This document shows positions 1-12,721 of a stretch of 64,000 bases of DNA, one piece after another. This stretch comes from Octopus sinensis (Eukaryota). The position numbers and the translations under genes were made by a program. The stretch's first letter is position 1. Every line of letters begins with the position of its first letter. Where the stretch lies: the NCBI RefSeq assembly GCF_006345805.1, contig NC_042997.1, forward strand, positions 192,510,001 to 192,574,000. Direction: 5' to 3'. The notes below the pieces were generated by a model, which ran no database searches, was not told the origin of the DNA, and saw only the letters and a list, made by a program, of their open reading frames with translations.

Positions 1-371
1 CAATATCAAAAGCCAATAGTGATATCAGTTAGTTAAAACAACATTATTTTCATTTTGTTTCCCTTTATTTTCTTCTTATCACAAAGACTGCTGCACACTT
101 GAGGCTATCGGAGCACTTCTAGGTTAATGACAAACAGATGTTGATGTTCACTGTCTCCGTCTAAAACAAGACTTTCACCACCCTAATTCAATCTGTTAAC
201 AGTTCTAACCATGGCATTCGTTATCATCTGATAGAAAGAATCAATGTTATTCATGAGTCAAATCCTTTTATTATTATTATCATTATTATTAATAGAAATA
301 TTAAAATAACTAAGTCACCGAAACTAGGTAAATAAAACCATCGAACAGAGATTGTCGGAAGCGACACCTAC

Positions 372-431
372 TGGCTGGCTACGCTGCATTGAAAAGGGGC
401 AATACTCCGAAACGCGTCTGTAGCTGCCGGT
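372..431 (+). ncRNA. Type I hammerhead ribozyme, U3-A8 core variant
   Basis: ggctggc-TAC-gctgca-TTGAAAA-gggg(caata)ctcc-GAAAC-GC-GTC-tgtagc-t-gccggtc; stems I, II and III pair; predicted cleavage after C418. Confidence 0.75.
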
Positions 432-1064
432 CAAGTAGTGTGGAGCGACTGACCTCCCTTGTTCGAAGGTTATATGGATACAGTTTGTGTATCAAATAGC
501 TAACTTAAGGCGATGGCCTCATGGAGCTAATAAGCGGACAGCTTTTTTCTTATTTTTATAAGAATGCCATATTAGTATGGCGATAACTATTATTATCATT
601 ATTATTATTATTGACTTGAGTTACTCAACACACACTGATCGAAATTCTCCGCCATCTTTAATCCAAGTAATACTTCTTCCAGCCTGAATAATATATTTAG
701 CTTCAGTAAGACATTTCATAAAATGCTTTTGATACTAGACAGTTTCCTCAGTGTCAACAAATAGATTAATTCCAGTACAATGTGGTCACCCGATAATTTT
801 TCTGCACAAGGTAATCTAATTTGCAACCAGATGAAGCTGTGTGATGATTGAACAACATTTTAAAGAGAAACTGTATAAGGGACGTTTTACTGTCCTGTAC
901 CACCCTTTCAGCAAAGACATTTGAGAAATGTTCATAAACTGTGAATTTCTAGGTAATTTTTTGCGCCTTCATTCGTCTCAACAAACATTGAAAAAGGCAT
1001 TATTCACACAATGGTGGCCTTATGTAAACAGAGGTATTCATCATTTGCCAGAACACTCCTTTAA

Positions 1065-1206
1065 AAGTTAGCGGTTCAGCAAAAGGGACCAATAGAATAA
1101 GTACTAGGCTTACAAAGAATAAGTCCTGGGGTCAATTTCCTTGACTAAAGGCAGTGCTGCAGCATGGCCACAGTCAAATGACTGAAACAAGTAAAAGAGT
1201 AAAAGA
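1065..1206 (+). mobile_element. tRNA-SINE family B, 3' fragment
   Basis: Matches the tail of family B copies (…gcatggccacagtcaaatgactgaaacaagtaaaagag). Confidence 0.85.
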
Positions 1207-1369
1207 TCTATATAATTATCATAAATAATGTAAATAATTATCATAAATGTAACAATTCACAAAGGGTATCACACTTGGCTACTTTTACACCATCCATCTT
1301 TTACTGGATGGTTCCATACAATAACATCATGCACCCAGATTGATATTTCAGTCTTTAATTAATGTTAAA

Positions 1370-1620
1370 GAGCAGGTGGCTCGCTCGCAAGAAAGTTTCT
1401 AAAAACACTTGAAGAAATCTGGCCACCCAGGTCTTGTCGAGGCATAGGCAACCACTGTAAACAGTGTCTTTGTTGTTGTTCACATCCAACAAAACTACCC
1501 GGAGATGTTGGATCCAAGAAGGTTGTCTGTACCTCGATATCCAAACCCTTCAAAAATAACGTTGTCACCATGTCCCCCGATCTGGGCGACTAAAAGATGT
1601 GTCCACTCGGTCACGTTGAT
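1370..1620 (-). pseudogene. Degenerate L1/Tx1-type APE endonuclease fragment
   Basis: Frameshifted translation VQTTFLDP / VVLLDVNNN / FTVVAYASTRPGWPDFFKC / LETFL resembles Tx1 endonuclease. Confidence 0.45.
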
Positions 1621-3504
1621 GGTTGTTACAACAACAATTTGCTCTTAAAAAAGGATCTGAACTGTATAACTTGTCGTGTTCTCTTGCTATAAAATATATT
1701 AAAATATATTCGATATATATATTCTTTTTTTCTTTTACACTTCAAAAAGAAACAAGATTCTCACTCTAATTGATCAATTGCAAAAGATCAATAAACTTGT
1801 TAATAATACGACAATGATATTTTCAAGTTGGATCTTGTCTAATGATTCAGTTCAAAGAAACCTCGTCCGGCTTGAATTAGCCTTCAAATCACTTCAATCT
1901 TAAAAGAAATAGATACACATTGGATAATCTCCTATCTTCTTAAAGGAAAAATATATAAGATAAAGTAGTCTGGGGTACTTGTTTGTTTGTCTACTTATCC
2001 CCCCTCTGTCTCTGTCTCTCTCTAATGGATACTGATCAAGCGAATATATAATGGAGACAACGTAAGCATTCACTACTTCTGACGGCGTTTCTGGGCCAGC
2101 TTCCTTTCAGCTTATTGCTAGATGAGGCTGGCCATTCTGCTCAAAATGTCTTCCTAGTTACAATTCACCTGAAAGTCTGGACTGAACCAGACCTCAAGCA
2201 GCTTAACTGGTCCATGTCCCCAGTAACCATCAGAAAGTCGCATACATTTATTTGAAATTGAGTAGCGCACATGCACGGCCAAGCCTACTAAACATTGATG
2301 TGTGAATGTATTTCGACATCATGGCTTTGCAATCAGGGTCCATCGGACGGCTTTGGTTCCATTGTGTTTTAGGACTGCGCATTTGCAGCTCTACCATGTT
2401 ATTGTCTGAGTCCTGGAAGATAATCAGTACCTGGAGATCAAACCTTTCTGAGACACCACTGCCACATCGCTTCCCAATACAGACCAACTCTAAAAAGAGA
2501 TGAGAACACCTAGTCTCGCTGATGGCGGCCCAGTGGCGTAGCTAAAGTGTGTGCCGCTCAAGACAGCCCTTGAGTTTACCACCCTAATCTGGTCCCAACA
2601 GGCTGCACAGGCTTACACAGCACACCCAAAAGTACCGCATCCATAAAAAGCCACCCAGACAGAACACCCCACGCCCCCATCCTATCCATGCTCCTGTGGT
2701 TACCATATTTGTAATAGTAACTTGAAGTCGTTAACCTTGCTTCCAGTCGACCTCAGTTCACATTTGTAGTGGCACAAGCAGTCAGCGCCATATTGGATGA
2801 GATCTTGCCAGCAGCTGTTGCCATCTCCGAGACTGGAGCGAGATCTTACCTGCATCCATTTGCCATGCATAAGATCACAACGAGGCTCGCGATGGCAAAC
2901 TGGATATAAGGGCCCAACAAACAGATTCTTTCTCTTCTTCACTGCAAGCGCTTGCTGAACACATATATTTGCTGGCTGGGTCTCCAGGCTAGTCCTGTCT
3001 GCACATCGTATCTCCATAGGAAATGGGCCCGCATTAACGGAGACACAACGAGACGTACACAGCTTGAGATGGTCTACTGAGAGCGACACACATCATTTAT
3101 TCTGTGTAACTATGTAACTAAAACTGGTTGTGAATTCACATTTCCACTTGAGACTTCTTTCCTTGCCTGCTGGAGCCTGAAACAACACAAAGAACAATTT
3201 TAAAGGGAGAAGGCGATATTCATCCGATATCATGAACCTTGCTTCCCATTATACATTCATTAGTGCGACATATTTTACGTTGGTCAGAGAGAGGACCAAG
3301 AGATCACTTGTCTTTGTCTCTTCAGTTTATCTTTGTCTCTTGTGTCTCTTCAGCAGTTTAGGAGACAGAATCACTCCTTCTTTGAAAATCATTTCCAAAA
3401 TGTCTTTCTTGTTTTTGCAGAGATGTCCGGTGTCAAAGGGATATTTTTTTTATTGCTGCTTACAAAAATTATACAAGGTCACTCCCGACCTGAAAAGTCA
3501 AATA

Positions 3505-4784
3505 GGATTTTTTCGGTTTGAACGGCAGGTTTTTCTAGCGGTGTCATATAAAATTGTCACCCATAATTATGACCCTAGTATCGATTTATTGCATTTCAAT
3601 CTGTTATAGAGTTAGGGTTAGGGTTACGGGTGGGGGAAGGGTATCTTTTTTTCTTCAGAAATGTAAATAAACCCAAGATCTTTTCGGTTTGAACGGCAGT
3701 TTTTTAAAATAATTTCCACGTAACTAAACACTTTTAAACTTCGTATACTGGTAGAATGTGTTTATAAAACATCTTTTTCTCTTGGCTTTATTGAGAAAAT
3801 TCTATAGTTTGTAAGATCTTTGTTGTGTTTTTTCTTCAATTTCTGCAATTTCAACTAATCAATGACGTCTATTGAGGTGAAAACATTCTGTGCCGTATGA
3901 ATATGTCCCTCGTTTAAGTAACAGATTGGGTTTAGGATTTTTTCGGTTTGAACGGCAGGTTTTTCTAGCGGTGTCATATAAAATTGTCACCCATAATTAT
4001 GACCCTAGTATCGATTTATTGCATTTCAATCTGTTATAGAGTTAGGGTTAGGGTTACGGGTGGGGGAAGGGTATCTTTTTTTCTTCAGAAATGTAAATAA
4101 ACCCAAGATCTTTTCGGTTTGAACGGCAGTTTTTTAAAATAATTTCCACGTAACTAAACACTTTTAAACTTCGTATACTGGTAGAATGTGTTTATAAAAC
4201 ATCTTTTTCTCTTGGCTTTATTGAGAAAATTCTATAGTTTGTAAGATCTTTGTTGTGTTTTTTCTTCAATTTCTGCAATTTCAACTAATCAATGACGTCT
4301 ATTGAGGTGAAAACATTCTGTGCCGTATGAATATGTCCCTCGTTTAAGTAACAGATTGGGTTTAGGATTTTTTCGGTTTGAACGGCAGTTTTTAACATAA
4401 TTTCTAGGTAACTAAAGAATTTTAAACTTCGTATACTGATAGAATGTGTTTATAAAACATCTTTTTCTCTTGGCTTTATTGAGAAAATTCTATAGTTTGT
4501 AAGATATTTGTTGTTTTTTTCTTCAATTTCTGCAATTTCAACCAATCACTGACGTCTATTGAGGTAAAAAACATTCTGTGCCGTATGAATATGTCCATCG
4601 TTTAAGAAACAGATTGGGTTTATTTACATTTGTGAAGACAAAAAGATACCCTTCCCCCCAACCCTAACTAACCCTAACCCTAAAATAGATTGAAATGCAA
4701 TAGATCGATACTAGGGTCATAATTATGGGTGACAATTTCATATGACACCGCTAGAAAAAACTGCTGTTCAAACCGAAAAGATCC
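3505..4784. mobile_element. Rearranged array of a Merlin-like MITE: two 430-bp half-inverted units plus one full reverse copy
   Basis: TIR motif RGATYTTTTCGGTTTGAACGGCAG starts at 3505, 3676, 3935, 4106 and 4365 and closes in inverted form at 4784; homologous to the intact copy 30159-30598. Confidence 0.9.
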
Positions 4785-4789
4785 AAAAA

Positions 4790-5360
4790 AACTATTTCTT
4801 CAACTCCGACAGACTTGCAGAATTTTAATGGTATTAAAGAAAAATTAACTACAGTTACCCTGCTAGCCCATCCGGTACTAGATGCTCCTCTATCACTGAT
4901 AGTAGATGCATTTGATGTTGGAATCGGTGGAGTACTGCAACAGTTTGTCCGAAATTCTTGGGAAGCTCTTTCTGTTTTTTGAAGTGTTTCAAGCTAGCTG
5001 AAACGAGGTACAATACTTTCGGATGAGAGTTATTGGCAGTTTATTTGTCTGTGAAACATTTTACTGCTTCTTGGAAGGACGAACTTTTAACAATTATACT
5101 CATTATAAACCATTAACTTGTGCATTGCAATCCAAAATGGATAAATACTGCCCAACAGTCTTCAGACGCCATGGTTATATTTCAGTTTACTGTAGACATT
5201 AGTTATATCGAGCATGCTGAAAATTCTGTTTCAGATACATTTATCCAGTGTCTGTATAATTGCTCCGCATTCTGCTGATATAATTGATATGGAGAAGATT
5301 GCTATGAATCAGAAACAATCTGAAGAGTTACTGCAACTCCGAAATTCTGAGTCAGGTATT
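4790..5360 (+). pseudogene. Gypsy LTR-retrotransposon pol fragment (RT connection / RNase H)
   Basis: FNGIKEKLTTVTLLAHPVLDAPLSLIVDAFDVGIGGVLQQ…ETRYNTFG*ELLAVYLSVKHF…FLEGR, with stops and frameshifts. Confidence 0.9.
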
Positions 5361-5407
5361 TCCTGAAGCAAAGACGACAGTTAGACGGTAATATATTATC
5401 AAGGTGA

Positions 5408-5805
5408 GGGCGGTGAGTTGGCAGAAACGTTAGCGCACCGGGCGAAATGCTTAGCGGTATTTCATTTGCCACTACGTTCTGAGTTCAAATTCTGCCGAGG
5501 TCGACTTTGCCTTTCATCCTTTCGGGATCGATAAATTAAGTACCACTTACGCACTGGGGTCGATATAATCGACTTAATCTGTCTGTCTGACCTAGTTTGT
5601 CTCCCCTGTGTTTAGCCCCTTGTGGGTAGTAAAGAAATAGGTATTTCGTCAAGCGTTACCTTCTGAGTTCAAATTCCGCCAAGGTTGACTTTACCTTTCA
5701 TCCTTTCAAGTTACGCCCCTGGGGTCGATGTAATTGACTGAAATCCTTTGTCAGTCCTTGTTTGTCCCCTCTATGTTTAGCCCCCAGTGGGCAATGAAGA
5801 AATAA
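5408..5805 (+). mobile_element. tRNA-SINE family A, dimeric
   Basis: Head ggcggtgagttggcagaaacgttagc, B-box-like gagttcaaattc, core gcctttcatcctttcggg…gataaattaagtacc; body duplicated. Confidence 0.9.
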
Positions 5806-7196
5806 ACATATTATCAAGGTGTTGCAAATGGTAGACTTCTATCCGACCTTTCAAGACAAAATATTTGTGAGACTGGATACTCTGCTTATGGTCTTAGTAA
5901 AAACAGTTAGAAGTTTTACCTGAGTGGGGGTTCCTGTACGAACCCACGATGCCATGCAATGAGACTGAATCCAAAACCATGTGGTTGGGACGCAACCTTC
6001 TTACACTCAGCCACAATATTTTGCCAAATTTCTCATGAATATTTGGCAAGAATATCAACTCTGTCCATTCTTGTAAATATGATTAATGCAGCATGTGAAT
6101 ATTGTGTAGTGGAACTATTTGCCATAACTGCACTCATTTTTGTCATGTGCTCTATTTTTCTTGTTTTGAGTCGGAACGAAAAGAGACTCTGTTCACACAG
6201 CACTTCATTATCACCATTTATTTCGTTAGAAATGTTTATTTTATGCTTGTCACTGAGCATTAGTTTACATTCGCAATATCCCCCTTCATTTTGATGTTTG
6301 CTATTGTTGTTAATTTCAAAATGAAAGCTTTCTAGAACTTTCTCTTAGCAACTACCTCGAACGATATCCGGTATTCAGATCCTGTTTACTTAGTGACAGA
6401 GGAGAAAGGAAAACGTATTGTGTGACGTAGACATATTTTGTTTAGGGGTATTATTGATAAAAGTATATTATGTATTGGGCAATCTTCTTTTGTAAGGGCG
6501 ACTGTGTGGCGTGTAAAAGGAGACATTTCTGTCACCAACTCCTTTACATACGGTCGTTCACTACAATTTAAACTGGTTATGGATACGACAAATTGAAATT
6601 TTACCTGCTGCTTTCCATTAGCACTGTTAAATTTTGAGATTTTCTTTCGTTTGTGTATTATTTATGCAAAGCCAGATTTAGTCCGTGATATTCAAAACGA
6701 AGTTCAAATGCCCAAGAAGAAAAAAAAAAGCTCGTCAAAGTAGAAATTGATATTACGACTCATTGAAAATAAAGAAAAAGAAAAGTAAACAAGAAATCAA
6801 CTCAATATTTCAGCTTCCACAATGAGAAAGGAAAACGATATAGTTGTAGTAAGGTTCGAAACCGATTCGACAGATTACGAAGTTTAAGTCACAACATAGC
6901 ACAAATATCCAAGCTACACTGGATCCTCATACACTGGTAAAGATTAAAAGTTCGGAAAATTTGTTAAAAATCGACTTAAAATGGTTTAACTCAAAACACC
7001 TGGAACGAAGGCAAATATATAGCAGTCTCTTAATTAAGCTTGACTGGTAAACAGTTAAAGTGAACGCGAACTGTTTATATAGGCATGAAATGAGTGGGTT
7101 AGGATGAATTTTTACGAAGGAAAATCTCCCTGATTTTACTGAAAAATCGTGAATATCATTGTATAATATATTTTGCGTGTTCATTTGTATAAGTAA

Positions 7197-7594
7197 TTAG
7201 CAGTGTCGCCCGGCGTTGCTCGGGTTTGTAAGGGAAATAACTATATAAGCATTTTTAGAGAGTTATAGCCAAAAAATAGCAAAAAATGCATTAAAAATGG
7301 AAAAAAAATTATGGTAAATTTTTTTTTAAATCGTTGACTCATCGTAGACATTTTTAGAGAGTTACTTCCCTTATATAATAGCGAAAAAATGCATTGAAAT
7401 GGAAAAAAATTATGGTATATATTTTTTTAAATCGTAGACTCATCGTAGACGCGCGCTTAATACCCAGAAGGGCTCGATATGAATCACGACTATAAGATAC
7501 CCGGTTTTGGTTAAACTGCACCGCAAAATGTGGGAGTAGTTAGGAATCTAAATCGTAGGAGACAGACACACAACTTGACTTTTATATATAAAGA
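7197..7594 (-). mobile_element. Non-autonomous Helitron
   Basis: 5' TC, 3' hairpin cccgagcaacgccggg then CTAA, inserted between A and T; near-identical to 26949-27350. Confidence 0.9.
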
Positions 7595-8093
7595 TAAAAG
7601 AAAACATCTTTAAAATAACATTGGGACTTTATTCTTTCGTAAAGTGGTACAGTGGATCAAAGCTAGGAATATTACAAGTTTTGATGGTTATTGTTCATCC
7701 ATCGTTTTGATAATTCAGCTAGGATCGTGATTGGTTGCCATGGGCTCCATTAAATATCAATTCTTCCCTGGACGGTAAGATCTGCAAGCTCAGCTCAGTG
7801 AAAGCTCTCACTCCTCTAACTCGTAAATAATTTGTTGCACCAATTTATGAAGAAAAAGAGGCTCCAGGAAATATACAGGATTAATCGGTTGAAGCATATT
7901 ACGCTCAGTGTGATTGGACCTTCGATCCAATTCCCGCGCAACACTCAACTAATTACAACACAGGGCTCAATAAATATCCAATAACTTATGATAGGCATTT
8001 TAACCAATCACAACAGATTAGCGTGGTGAGCCTGTATAAATCAAACTTAATATTTCTATGTAAGCAATAATACAAATTGGTCTCGCTACAGAA

Positions 8094-8465
8094 TCTCTCT
8101 CTATATAAACGGCAGTTTGTCTGTGTGTGTTTCTGTGTGTCTGTTACGTTGTACCCTCACCCTGACCACGGCTTTCAACCGATTCTGATGAAACTTGACA
8201 CACACATAGCCCAATGTCATAATTCAAAACTAACGCAGCGAAAATTTTGAAAAGTTCCCCCAGTTCTGAAAAAAATCGATAAATTCGACATGGGGTCGAG
8301 AATCAGAAACACAAACCACAGACTGTCTAGGGGACGCAACTCGACCTTTTTAACTAAAAAAAAAATTTACCATAATTTTTTTTCCATTTTTTGGCTATAA
8401 CTCTCTAAAAATGCTTTATAGTTATTTCCCTTACAAACCCGAGCAACGCCGGGCGATACTGCTAG
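8094..8465 (+). mobile_element. Non-autonomous Helitron (different 5' body, same 3' end)
   Basis: A|TC…cccgagcaacgccgggcgatactgCTAG|T. Confidence 0.9.
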
Positions 8466-9199
8466 TCGTGCATTAAATTGAAATATTTTAATTTGGGCAC
8501 AAAGTGACTGATTGAGGGGTAGTAGTTGATTACGTTGACCCCGTTACTCAACTAGTACTCTTTTTATCAACCCCGAAAGGATGAAAGGTAAAATCGACTT
8601 AGACGGAAATTGAAATTTCGACGTAAAACCGAAAGAAATAACATTATGCATTTTGTCTGGCGTGCTAACGATTCTGTTAGCTCGTCGCCTTTGAATTGAA
8701 TTGAAATATGAAGACTCACATTGAAAATAGGAACTTCAGTTGAATCAATACCTAAAAAAAGTATCGAAACTAACCAGTTATTATTTTTTCAAATTTTGTT
8801 AGAATTGCGAAATGACGCCAAACTTGCATTTTGTCTCTTTTCCCATTTTAAAATATCGATTTCTAACTAAGGCACAAAACAATCTTCATATTTAGAGAAG
8901 GATTAGAGTCGATGAAATCGATCCAAGTAAGATAAAAAGGAAAGTTGACCTTGGCGTGGTTTGAACTCAAAACTTAAGAGCCATAACTTAATACTTGCAA
9001 AGTATTTTCTTGGTTGATGACCCCGACATTTAAAAGATGCTTTTATTATTGCTTATAATAGCTTGATATTCTAAGCAATAGTAAAACCAGCTTGACGCTG
9101 GTTGGGTGCTTAACAGACCAATCACGTGAAACTACTGTCGTAAAGTCATGGTGCATAACCAGTTACCTAGCGGTTCGGTTTCGAATCACCGCTACAAAT

Positions 9200-11043
9200 T
9201 AATTTTGTAAATGGCTCAGATAAATTTCTTGTGACTCCAAATGATGCCATCTGTAGTGCAGCGTTGTATCTCTTACTTTTTACTTGTTTCAGTCATTTGA
9301 CTGTGGCCATGCTGGAGCACCGCCTTTAGTCGAGCAAATCGACCCCGGGACTTATTCATTGTAAGCCCAGTACTTATTCTATCGGTCTCTTTTTGCCGAA
9401 CCGCTAAGTGACGGGGACGTAAACACACCAGCATCGGTTGTCAAGCAATGCTAGGGGGACAAACACAGACACACAAACACACATATATATATATACATAT
9501 ATACGACAGGCTTCTTTCAGTTTCCGTCTACCAAATCCACTCACAAGGCATTGGTCGGCCCGGGGCTATAGCAGAAGACACTTGCTCAAGATGCCACGCA
9601 GTGGGACTGAACCCGGAACCATGTGGTTGGTTAGCAAGCTACTTACCACACAGCCACTCCTACGCCTATCGTCTAATATTGTTTTGAAAGTGCTTGGAAT
9701 TTTGGTCAATTCATGACAACAGTTTCTTCAATGGCTCTGGAAGTTGGGGTATTGCAGGGATTTTAACCTTTCCACCACTGCAGCACAGTGCAGGTGTCTC
9801 TCCAGGCCACTTCTTTGCTTTATAATGTATGCACTCAGCTGTCATTGCACCAATGGAAACTCTAGTGTCGTCTGCATAATGAACTGCTGGATCATAATTG
9901 AAAGCTGCTTCATAGAAGTTGCTTCTCTGAGCTGTTGCAACTGCTCTTCATTCTGTAGTGGAGATCCTATTCCTTGTCAGCCGTGCATATCTCTGTTCAT
10001 CACTTTGAGATGCTCTGGCTTTTGTAGTGCACAGTCTGTTAGTTTCCTGGCATGTTTCCCTTTCTGCAGCTGTCTCTCTTTCCCCGGACAAAGACATTCT
10101 TTTGGCTGACCTTGACATTGTAGACAAATTCGACACTTTCCTTCTAGGCTTGGTTATATACGTATACAGACATACATGGCTACAGAAGATAGTAAACAAT
10201 GAAAATAACTGGGTAAGGGAAATTATGTTTCTTAATACGACGGGCAGAAAATAAATAAGAAATTTTTACGGAATATAAAGAATTGTGCGGGTTGAAGTGA
10301 AATTTGTCACTTAGTGAATCAAAGAGCCAATATCGAAGGAACCAGAAAAAACACAAAACCGTTGCAAAAGTTAATAGGGAAATTAACCAAGTGTACGGAT
10401 AGTAAATTATGAACTTATTTTTACCAGTAATTCTGTCAAAAAAAAAGAAAGAAAAAAAACCAAAATGTTGCAAAAGTAAATAAGAAATTTGTAGGCAAAT
10501 TTAATAAAGTGTACAGATTGAAGTGAAATTTATGAAGTTTCTTCTGTCAGTAAATTATGTATGAAATTACTTTCATCAGTAACTGTGATCTTCTCTCTGT
10601 CAGTAATTTATCGTTGTTGTTTGTAAATAGCGATTGAAAACTTACAGTGAAAACAATAACGATTGAACTGAAAGTGAAAACAATAGAGAGTGAGATATAG
10701 TGAGAAGGGGAGAGAAAGCTAGCTAGTTAGATAAATAAGATAGATATAGGTAAATAAGATATAAACAGATAGATACAGAGACATAGATAGATATAGAGAT
10801 GGATATAGAGATAAAGATAGAGATATATAGACGTTACTGACGCTAGAGAACCGGAAGTAAAAAATTTTCAAACACGTGAAACTAATATAAAAAGCAGTAT
10901 TTTTTAATTTGAAATCAAATGAAGAGCCTAACATGTGTCCGAGGTCAAATTATTCATGCATCACAAGTATGGAAGCAATTGGTGAAGCCGTTTTCGCATG
11001 AAAAGCGAATACGTACACATCTCTATTTTATATATTATATGAG
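9200..11043 (-). mobile_element. Helitron 5' part with RepHel N-terminal zinc-finger pseudogene, interrupted by a SINE
   Basis: EAAFNYDPAVHY…IGAMTAECIHYKAKKWPGETPALCCSGGKVKIP…PEPLKKLL…HFQNNIRR [SINE] YNAALQMASFG; internal stops; outer boundaries approximate. Confidence 0.85.
9271..9667 (-). mobile_element. tRNA-SINE family B, full length
   Basis: tRNA-like head ggcgtaggagtggctgtgtggtaag…gggttcagtccc, internal TA/TG microsatellite, tail gactgaaacaagtaaaaag; TATC on both sides. Confidence 0.92.
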
Positions 11044-11312
11044 ATTGTGATAATTTTTTGACCAATGGATGTAGAGGAGACAATCAATTTCTGAAAGTTA
11101 CTTCGTAAAGAGATATCTCCCTTCTCCACGTAACCCAAGAACGGGTGTTTTCTGCCCCCAGGAGATCCCCGTTGCTCATTAACGGAATCTAAACCATCTC
11201 TGGGACTTAAGTAATATGTGTTCTCAGTTTGGAGAAAATCAGTTGAAAAATACAGCCGTTATAATCTTTTACACACATACGCACACAGATAGAACGGGAT
11301 TTATATTATAGA

Positions 11313-11720
11313 CTAGCAGCTAAGCCCAGTTTCAGCCGGTCTGTTTGGATGATGTGGATGTGATCGTTTTCGATTAGGCATAATCTATAACAGCGTTTGT
11401 CAACCTTATCATTTCGGGTCCCCTGTTTCGATTGGAGCCTCCACTTATATGAAAATTTCCTTACCCCACCCCGTCAGAAAACAGCTTCTAAGCAACTGAT
11501 TGTTTTAATGGCAAAAAGAGGGAAATTCCATTAGAAAAGTTTTAATTGATTTTCTCGGTAAGTATGGGGGTTAGGAAAAAAAATACAAACTGCATTCCAA
11601 TCTATGTACCCGTCTCCACATGTGTGCCATTTTTTCACGCGAATCCACCCAGCCGTTTGGCTGTGAACCTCAAGACAAGAAAGAATACAACGATCGCCCA
11701 TGTCCAATTTATATTATAGA
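11313..11720 (-). mobile_element. Non-autonomous Helitron
   Basis: 5' tctataatataaatt, 3' GC hairpin plus CTAG; abuts the 5' end of another Helitron-like copy at 11312. Confidence 0.7.
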
Positions 11721-11998
11721 TTAAGTCAGCTGATCGGTAGAATCGTTAACAAGTTGAACAAAATTCTTGGCACATTTCTTCTGGTTCATTACGGCCTGAG
11801 GTCAACTTGACATTTCGTCTTTTGGAGCCGATAAATAAGTACCAGTTGAGCACTGAGTCGATATAATTGACTCCTTACTCATCTAAAATTACTGGCTTTA
11901 TGCCAAAAATTGTAATCGTTAAAATTATTACTGGAGTGTTACTCGTCATAACTTTGGAAGTATAGTTTTGCATCTGTAGGTATGGTCTGTGATTCTTT

Positions 11999-12042
<44 letters not shown>

Positions 12043-12077
12043 GTTCATTTACTCATTGCCTGACATGAAGCCTAGTA

Positions 12078-12443
12078 TCTTTTATCTTTTGCTTGTTTCA
12101 GTCATTAGACTGAGGTAACTCTTCGAAGGAATAGACCCCAGTACTAATTTTTTAAAAATCTAGTACTTATTCATTCTATCGATCTTTTTTTGCCGAACTA
12201 CTAAGTAAGGAGACATAAACACACTCTAAAGCGGTAGCAGGGGACAAACACAGTCACAAAGACAAACACACACATGCATACGACGGGCTTCTTTCAGTTT
12301 CCGTCTATCAAATCCACTCACAAGGCTTTGGTTAACCCGAAGCTATAGTAAAATACTCTTGCCCAGGGTACCACTCAGTGGGACTGAACCTGGAACCATG
12401 AGGTTAGGCAGCAAGCTTCTTACCACACGGCCATACCTGCGCC
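12078..12443 (-). mobile_element. tRNA-SINE family B (diverged)
   Basis: Homologous to 9271-9667. Confidence 0.85.
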
Positions 12444-12721
12444 CACCCAAAAAATTCTCAAGTCATCTCTGGCACTCAAGTCCGGCGACGGGCCTGGTTG
12501 TTGCTTAATTTCAGGTCAGCACCGATTGAGTAGACTTATGATGAAAAGCCGTTCCAGCCCTGACCGTCCTTTCACTTTTTTTTTTCCATACCTAGTATAT
12601 CCAGTGGCACGTGATTCAATGCACCCCGTCTTCCTTTTATATGATTTGAGGAAGATTTAGTTGCTATTTATAGCAGGTCGAACGACCGACCTCGTAGTTA
12701 CCGTTTTGTTGGCTCACTAAG

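Noticed and set aside
860-1056. mariner C-terminal remnant (RGIHHLPE)
   Set aside because: Too degenerate to call without an alignment
2248-3089. 79- and 129-aa GC-richer ORFs
   Set aside because: No recognisable domain or splice structure; probably decayed TE sequence
3505-4784. CRISPR-like repeat-spacer array or true telomere
   Set aside because: The repeats are MITE TIRs with duplicated internal segments, and TTAGGG tracts are short and internal
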